NCBI GenBank assembly: GCA_026023565.1
Contig: JAPETS010000018.1
Coordinates: 124,001-188,000 of the forward strand
DNA length: 64,000 nucleotides
DNA from: Cirrosporium novae-zelandiae
Taxonomy: Eukaryota
Direction: 5' to 3'
A model generated the notes under the pieces. It did not search any database. It was not told the origin of the DNA and was given only the letters and a program-made list of their open reading frames with translations. Of this stretch, positions 56,631-64,000 are shown piece by piece (position 1 is the stretch's first letter; each line of letters opens with the position of its first letter). Position numbers and translations under genes: made by a program.

Positions 56631-57042
56631 TTTTCAGCCATTCAGACCCCGATTTTCGGAGAGAAGCCTATCTAATAGTGACTCAGGCCTGCATATCAAG
56701 AATGCGGGGTGAAGATCTTTCCCCCCATCGATTTCTTTTGGATATTTTTTATATTCTTCACTTTGGTTGTACTTCAAGATGGATCAATCGTTGACTGTTT
56801 CCCATGACAGTTGGAAATTGATTTTTGTGACTAAAAGTCATGAGAGCCCCGAACTTCGTCGAAAATTCATTCCTGGCCACCTGCCATATGAGGTTTAGTT
56901 GGTACGCGGAACGGGAAGTCCCTTTTTCTCTTCTTTTCTTTTTGTTTGGTCCTTTCCTTTTTTTGGAAGCGGGAACAGGAACAACGAACAACGAACATCT
57001 CAAGTCTCCAGTCTTCAGTCTCCAGACCTTCGACTCTGCCCG

Positions 57043-57071
57043 AACCTCTGACCTCTGACCTCTGACCTCTG
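57043..57071. repeat. (ACCTCTG)4 tandem repeat upstream of TenA
   Basis: acctctgacctctgacctctgacctctg. Confidence 0.8.
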
Positions 57072-57342
57072 TTCTTTCCCTCATCACTAAACACCCTCAA
57101 CCATCTCCCCACATTAATGAGCTATATAGGGTTGACACCCTAACCTTCCATTCTTAAATCTACATTGGATTGGAAACCCTAGACGTCCTCCTCGTATTCA
57201 GGCAATGCTCCACTTTAGGAAAAGTCTTTTTCACGTTCACAACTCTTGAAAATTTGGTGTTAAAGAACGAATAATACTGACAGTTGGGACCTACAAAGGA
57301 CAATAGCAATTATCGTAAATCTAGAATCAATTGCTCGCAATC

Positions 57343-58107
57343 ATGCAAGGAATCGCCCTTAGCCAATACCTTCTGAAACTTGACCCCAGCGCCTTTGCCC
57401 GCGCAACTCAAGCACCATTTCTCCGTGCAGCTGGTGCAGGTGACCTTTCAAAATCCACCCTTTCGCGTTGGCTCAGCCAGGATCGTCTCTATGCCCAGAC
57501 CTATATCCGGTTTGCCTCTTTGCTCCTCTCAAAGATTAACCTGCCCACGACTCGTCACCTCTCAGGCAGCCGTCCACCAGTCTCTTCCCTTTTAGTCGAC
57601 TGCATCATTGGAGCTCTCAACAATGTTCGCCGTGAACTCCGATTTTTCGAGACCGTAGCTGAAGAATATGGCTTGGACCTCAATCATCCGTGGGACGAAT
57701 CCGCTCCACGGTTTGGCCCAACACCTATCACACGTGCGTATGGAGATCTCTTCATGTCCTGTGCTGCACCAGGAACGCCCGTCTTGCATGGAATGGTTGC
57801 CCTCTATGGTACTGAGATATGCTATTTGACTTCATGGCTCTATGCCAAAGGCGTGTCGGGAGAAACATCCAAAGACAATGACAATGGCAATGACCAAAGT
57901 GCTTTCAAGAAGGATCAAGATGGGGGTGCATTGAGGACCGAGTTCATTCCGAATTGGACAAACAACGAGTTTCAAGATTTCGTAGATGAGATTGGTTCGC
58001 TCATGGACAAGCTGGCAGAGAAGATTGGAGCGGAAGAACTGAGAGGATGTGAGGAGGTATGGAGACAGGTTCTTTGGATTGAAGAGAGATTCTGGCCAGA
58101 AATATGA
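57343..58107 (+). CDS. TenA/Thi-4 heme-oxygenase-like fold protein, TenA_E (Pet18-like) subfamily
   Basis: ATQAPFL..AG, WLSQDRLY, RELRFF, GTEICYLTSW (Glu-type, no catalytic Cys at the TenA_C position), FIPNW, EERFW. Confidence 0.88.
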   Translation: MQGIALSQYLLKLDPSAFARATQAPFLRAAGAGDLSKSTLSRWLSQDRLYAQTYIRFASLLLSKINLPTTRHLSGSRPPVSSLLVDCIIGALNNVRRELRFFETVAEEYGLDLNHPWDESAPRFGPTPITRAYGDLFMSCAAPGTPVLHGMVALYGTEICYLTSWLYAKGVSGETSKDNDNGNDQSAFKKDQDGGALRTEFIPNWTNNEFQDFVDEIGSLMDKLAEKIGAEELRGCEEVWRQVLWIEERFWPEI

Positions 58108-58294
58108 AGAAAGAAATCGAGGTGGAAATAGAAGTGAGCTATGTAGGAACCCGTTATGATTTTGCTATGATTTGTTGAGCGTTATTAAGACTGGACGTTA
58201 TTTCTGGATTGAGTCGATTGAGATGGCTGAGATGAGATTATAGAAGCTCGGCAATTGTCTTGATCTCAATCTTGGTACTCTGCCGTGTAACAAG

Positions 58295-58735
58295 GATAAG
58301 CCGATAGCCTCGCGATAATAATCCCCGGTTGTGTTACATAATTCTAGACAATGCTAGATATGCTATCTGACATCTCAGCTCCATGTTTTCGAATCATTGG
58401 TGAGAACAACCGCCATCAAACGTCCGGTTCCGTAAACCAATCCAATTCTACCCGCCTTGGCGGTGCACTTCGCAACAATTCATTCGCAACTTGCCAACCT
58501 CACTTCTGGGCGGCACAGAATGACGACGAATCTAATAAAATTTCAGCCCACACTGCCAAGGACTCTGGAGAGTTTTTGATCGCCTCTGTTATCTATGGGG
58601 TTTGGTCACGTCCACTCCGCGCCATGAGGTTATTGAAGTACTCCACAAGTTCGCAGGATTGATCCCATATTTCTCCCTCCTCAACTTCTATACTTTTTTT
58701 TTATCGCTCTTCCTTTTGAGTAGGCAGGTTATCTT
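58295..58735. promoter_or_regulatory. Cluster of GATA sites (AreA/Nit2-type) upstream of the permease
   Basis: GATAAG 58295, GATA 58303, GATAAT 58314, plus TTATC at ~58589, ~58701 and ~58729. Confidence 0.45.
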
Positions 58736-58752
58736 GCCTATTGCACTTCATT

Positions 58753-60671
58753 ATGGATCCTTCTAACAATACCAACGTTACGCGCACCAGTAGTGGCAAG
58801 AAGTCTGAAGAAAAGATCCCTTATGATGCCGACGTTGAAGGACGACGAGACTCTCTGAGTTCTGTTCAGCCAACTTATGATCACACACATCGTCAACTTA
58901 AGTCTCGCCATATTCAATTGATCGGTATCGGCGGTACAATCGGCACAGCGCTATACGTCAACATTGGAAAAGGATTGATCAACGGAGGTCCGGCAAGCTT
59001 ATTCTTAGCCTTTACACTATGGTAGGAAAACTCGATCCTTTCGCCACATAGAAGGCCTGAAAATAGGAAATAGGTGGATAAGCTATGGGCTATGGAGAGA
59101 AGTTGAAAGACCAACTTAAATTGGATTATTACTTCTCGATTACGATAAACTTCCGCAACTGATGGAGTTATCTTGGCTTATTCTGGTGCAAAATTTAGGT
59201 GTACGTTTATTCTGGCAGTGACAATATGCATGGCCGAAATGGTGACCTGGCTTCCCATATCGTCGCCCTTCATACGCTTTGCGGGCCGTTATGTCGACGA
59301 GGCGTTTGGTGTGGCCGCAGGCTACAACTTTTTCGTCTTCGAGGCTGCCTTGGTCCCCTTTGAGGTGGTTGCGTGCAACGTCATCATTCATTACTGGAGT
59401 GATATCGTTCCAGCTGGCGGTATTATTGCTATTATATTAGTTCTCTATGGGTGAGATTAAATTGAGACTCGGAACATTGCCTCATAAGTTTAGATAATAC
59501 TAACTTTGCGCCATCTAGCTTAATCAATGTTTTTGCTGTTCGCTGGTATGGTGAATCTGAATTCTGGCTCGCGCTCGGAAAAGTCTTGTTGATTGTTGGC
59601 CTTATCATCTTTACTTTTATTGCCATGCTCGGGGGTAATCCCCTCCACGATCGCTATGGCTTCCGCTACTGGAAGAATCCTGGCTCTTTCGCTCCATTAT
59701 ATAAAGAAGGAGACCTTGGCCGCTTTCTAGGCTTCCTTCAGTGTCTCATTCTGGCCTCTTTTACGATTGCCGGCCCTGACTATGTGAGCATGGCTGCAGG
59801 AGAGGCCGAGAACCCCCGCTACGTAATGCCAAGGGCATATAACGCTGTTTTTTATCGCCTCACCTCGTTTTTCGTCCTTGGATCCTTGGCTGTGGGAATC
59901 AACGTGCCATACAACGACCAAGAACTGATAACAGCCTACGAGACTGGCCAACCAGGAGCAGCCGCCTCTCCTTATGTGGTGGCAATGAATCGTCTTGGCA
60001 TACCAGTCCTCCCACATATCGTCAATGCCATGGTTCTCGCCTCAGCCTTTTCAGCTGGAAACTCTTATGTTTATTGCGCTTCAAGATCATTGTTTGGACT
60101 TGCACTGGAGGGCAAAGCACCCCGAGCACTGGCATACTGCACGCGAAGTGGTGTCCCCGTCTACTGCGTTGGAATTGTGCTGCTTCTAAGCCTGTTGAGC
60201 TTCCTGCAAGTATCCAACTCCACTTCCGTTGTCCTCCAATGGTTCGTCAACCTCGTAACGGCTTCCCAGCTCATCAACTTCGCCGTTATGGCCTTCACAT
60301 TCACACGCTTCATGAAAGCCTGCGAAGCGCAGGGGCTATCCCGGGATACCCTCCCCTACAAAGGCCGCTTCCAGCCCTACCTGGCCTGGTACGCCTTCAC
60401 AGGAACCTTCATCATGGCATTCGTGGGCGGCTACACCGTCTTCCTGGAAGGCCAGTGGGACGTTCCCACCTTCTTTTTCTCCTACACCATGATCGGCGTT
60501 TTCCCGCTGCTGTACATTGGGTGGAAGGTGGTGAAGAAGACAAAGATTATCAAACCTGAAGAGGCGGATTTGTGGACGGGGGTTGAGGAGATTGAAGAAT
60601 ATCAGAGGAATTATGTGCCAAAGCCGCCGAGGAATAAGTTTATGAAGTATTTTGATAAGATATTTGGATGA
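58753..60671 (+). CDS. Amino-acid permease (YAT/APC family, Agp2/proline-permease-like)
   Basis: LKSRHIQLIGIGGTIGTAL, AEMVTWLPISSPF, YGESEFW, AAGEAENP; introns ~59022-59199 and ~59451-59518. Confidence 0.95.
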
Positions 60672-61237
60672 GGGGGATTGGGGGGTTTTGTTTTGTTTGG
60701 CGTGGCTTTGGTGGAGGGTTTGCGAGTAGAAAGAGAGGGAGGGAGGGAGGTTCAATTCTGGATTTCCAGCTGCTGTGTGTGGTACCGGATATACAGTATC
60801 ATTCCTTTCCACGGATTATGACTTATGGGTAATTGCCCCTTCACTCTTTTCTTTTCTGGAAACACAACGACTCTTGGGACGTGACCTACTGTTACTGAGT
60901 AGTTGTAATATATATAACAACAATATCCTCTAGATGTATATCAAATACGGGATATTACACTAGTACTTGTAGTAGGAAGAAATAATCTAAAAGTGTTCTT
61001 TTTATATATTGAGTAAATATTTTTTTCGAAGGAGGGGAGGAGACAGAAAATCTATAATCTTGTTAGGCGAGTAATTATTCCTCTTGCAAATGTTGTTGGC
61101 TGCATTAATAGTGCCTCTAAAAATCCTGGGAGACTCTCTGGAGGACAATCCCCTCTTCCGTGACTATTGTAATCAATTTTGCTAGAAACTTAGTCATAAA
61201 TACAGTAAGTAACAAGTAAACAGACACACATATATAA

Positions 61238-62761
61238 TCATGTTTCCCCAGTTTTACCCATAGTACCCTCCCACTCCTCCCGAACCCTTGCATAAAACTT
61301 ATCATCCATCAACACATCCAAACCGATCAACGCGTTAGCTTTCCCAGCCCGCAGGGCTTCCGTATGAGCGAACTCGGATCCAGCTGCTTCTCGGAAGGGG
61401 ATACTGTGGGGGGAATCTGTGGCACGGATGCTGAATAGGGCTTGGATGCCGGGGGTTATGTATGTACAGTTGCCCATGTCTCTGTTTGATAGGGAGGGGG
61501 GAGGGGCTAGGTTAGCTTATTTTTTTTATTTTTTTATAGATTTGTATGGGTTATGATGGGGATTGGGAATAGAAGTAAAAAAAACGTACGAGCTGCCGTT
61601 TTGGTCGTATTTGGTGATGGCTTCTTGACATGGTATCATGTCTGAGGGATTTGTCCCGAGATAGGAGATCATGTAATTTCGGTATTGGTCTGCTAGAGTG
61701 AAGTTGGTGACTACGTCTTTGTAGAGGGCGTCCCTGTGAAGGGAACTATTAGTAAAGTTCGGTATGTTGCAAGGCTGCTGGAGGAATAAGGACGTACCAG
61801 AAAATCTTGACTGTACAGCCGGTGGCACTAGCGGCCCCTTGAAAGATGGGCGCTACACGCTTCTTGAGCATTTTAAGTGAGTCTGTGTTTTTTGACCGTA
61901 TGGAATAGGTGCCTTTTGCGAAATTCGGGATGAGGTTGGGTGCCTTTCCAGCTTCAAGAATGACTCCCTGAATGCTATCTGTCTTTAGGATCTGCTGCCG
62001 AAGCATCGCGAGACCGTTGTACGCCATTACAATAGCGTCACATGCGTTTTTCCCGTTCCATGGAGCGGCCGCTGCATGCGATGATTCGCCGTGGAATTCC
62101 GCTCGGAACTTCAGTGAGGCCCTCAGGATGCATACGGGGGTAGAGAAATCGGGCATCGCGTGTGTCATCATGCACGCGTCACAATCTTTCCATGCACCGT
62201 TGTTGGCCATGATGTATTTACCTCCACCGGTCTCCTCTGCAGGCGTACCCATGACGACGAGAGTGCCAGCGATCTGGAACGTGGACATGGCAGCGGAGGC
62301 ACCCACGGCGGATGCCAAAGTAGAGGTTGCAATTAGGTTGTGTCCACATGCGTGGCCAACTTCAGGGAGTGCATCTATACCAGAGAAGCCATCGTTAGAG
62401 AGCCTTTCTAATCCGAGAATAGCAAGGTAAATACCATATTCAGCATTATAACATATCGTTCGGCCTCCATCCTTTACTGAAAACCTCGCCTCAAATGCCG
62501 TGTCGATACCATATACACCTCTTTTGACTTTCCAGCCTCGACTCTCAAACCAATCCGAAAGGAGCTTGCAGGCTCTTAGCTCCTTGAACATAACCTCAGG
62601 GTTGTTGTAAATCTCTCCATCCCATCATGTCAATGTCAAGTACCAAGTTCGAAGGATACTGCATTTCTTACCTCATGGTTCATGCGATGCAATTCATCAC
62701 TTGCCGAGTCAACTGCAGAAGATACAGCTTTGATGATATCGGGCGACGACATGGTAGGCAT
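61238..62761 (-). CDS. M20 family amidohydrolase (PM20D2/Acy1L2-like)
   Basis: IYNNPEVMFKE, NAEY-DALPEVGHACGHNLI, GTPAEETGGGK, HAAAAPWNGKNA, DMGNC, PHSIPF; 5 exons. Confidence 0.92.
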
Positions 62762-62995
62762 GCAGTGATTGGTCATCCTGAGATGTGGATGGGGAGTTTA
62801 GGAGCTTTTGGGGCTTGTGGGTAGAGTATCATATTTTTGCTGGCCTCGCGGGGTCCGGAGGACTGATATAGGATCTCCAGACATGATCCGATCTAGACGG
62901 ATCAAGGAAAGGTCTGGTCTTTAATGGGGGATAAAGTCGGAGACCACCATAAAACTAAACAAATGATATAATCCCGTTGATAGTGGGCGGTTGCA

Positions 62996-63026
62996 GTCGG
63001 CCGGCCCGACCGACGGTCGGACCGAC
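62996..63026. promoter_or_regulatory. Nested GTCGG/CCGAC palindromes (candidate Zn2Cys6 factor site) in the M20/MFS divergent promoter
   Basis: GTCGG-ccggc-CCGAC, CCGAC-g-GTCGG and GTCGG-a-CCGAC overlap within 31 bp. Confidence 0.55.
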
Positions 63027-63249
63027 ACCAAAGCCATGATGCCAAGCTTGATAGGGAGTTGAACTGCCTTGAAAAACACCCAATTCTACATGGTATGATT
63101 TGGAGAAGATAACAAACTTGAGCTTGGCCAGATAAACATAATGCATATAAACAGCTATCAAAGGTTCAAAATGAGCCGTGGACAATTGGAGAATCAAGTT
63201 CTCCTGCTACTTCAATCAGCTCTTAGTTAGCAACAACCCCCTTGGAACA

Positions 63250-64000
63250 ATGGCCCCAGAAAAGACGGATTCTATGGGCGTGTCCAACATTCGCTCGGTA
63301 GAGGACCTGGGAGTTGGCGATGATGCTGCCTTTGAGACCATCCAAGCTTCTGGGCTGCTTGACATATCAAAGGCCAAGGACCGTCAAGTGTGTCGAAGAA
63401 TCGACTTTTTCTTACTCCCACTGGTGAGATGTCATCCTGAAACACTATGCACAACCTGAATTTAACTGACTCGGAATGCAGATGATGGGAACGTATCTTG
63501 TACAGGTGGGCATTATCCAAGAGTCAACTGTAATTCCTACATCACGCTGATGGCGTTGCAAGTTTCTGGACAAGTCTTGCATTTCTTATGCAGCTCTATG
63601 GGGAATGGAGGAAGATGCTCATCTCGAAGGAAGCCAGTATTCTTGTAGGTTGTGCAGATGCCTACCCTCGGGGTTGTTGGACCAGTCACTGAGTAAGATT
63701 AATCATCTCTATTATAGGGCTGACAACCATCTTTTACCTCGGATATTTGGTTGGTGAATTCCCCATGAATTACCTGTTTCAGAAAATCCATATCACTCGG
63801 GTCTGTGGAGTGCTCATGTAAGTTTACCTCCAAAGAATCTTCATGGCTACATATGAAGGCATTTTATTGATGTAGTGTAATTCCTATAGCTTCTTGTGGG
63901 GTGCTGTTCTTCTTTGTATGACTGCTGCCAATGACTTTCAAGGTCTTATGGCGTCACGCTTCTTTCTAGGATTATTGGAGAGTGGCGTTAGCCCATGCTT
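63250..64000 (+). CDS. MFS transporter, Dal5/allantoate permease (ACS) family; 3' truncated by the window end
   Basis: RRIDFFLLPL|MMGTYLVQ|FLDKSCISYAALWG..GSQYS|WLTTIFYLGYLVGEFP..|..SRFFLGLLESGVSPC. Confidence 0.92.

Noticed and set aside
58225..58290. TPP-riboswitch-like words (CTGAGA, TGAGATTATA, CTTGATCT) downstream of TenA
   Set aside because: Lacks the conserved GGATAATACC/GCGAAAGG elements and P1-P3 pairing and is not in an intron; an Infernal RF00059 search would settle it.

Overview
Intron-containing genomic DNA of a filamentous ascomycete (Pezizomycotina-type splice signals GTRNGT / CTRAC / YAG); the species cannot be determined from the sequence. About 21 protein-coding genes can be modelled. 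Housekeeping genes: STI1 (with a perfect heat-shock element), RPC34, 14-3-3, mitochondrial ATPase inhibitor, NSP1, Laa2-like adaptor, Boi-like SH3-SAM-PH, MIZ/SP-RING protein, DSK2 and an arrestin-like protein. An accessory island at about 12.6-24 kb holds an MDR oxidoreductase, an HSL-family hydrolase and two decayed coding relics. The right end carries a compact salvage/uptake group: TenA_E, amino-acid permease, M20 amidohydrolase and a Dal5-type MFS. No tRNA, rRNA, CRISPR or intact transposon was recognised. The most unusual object is the orphan gene at 417-3317 (-): a ~890-aa chain punctuated by ~8 internal signal-peptide-like segments, several preceded by GPI-omega-like residues, suggesting a secretory polyprotein cut into many small peptides. 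All family assignments come from motif recognition by eye, not from database searches.
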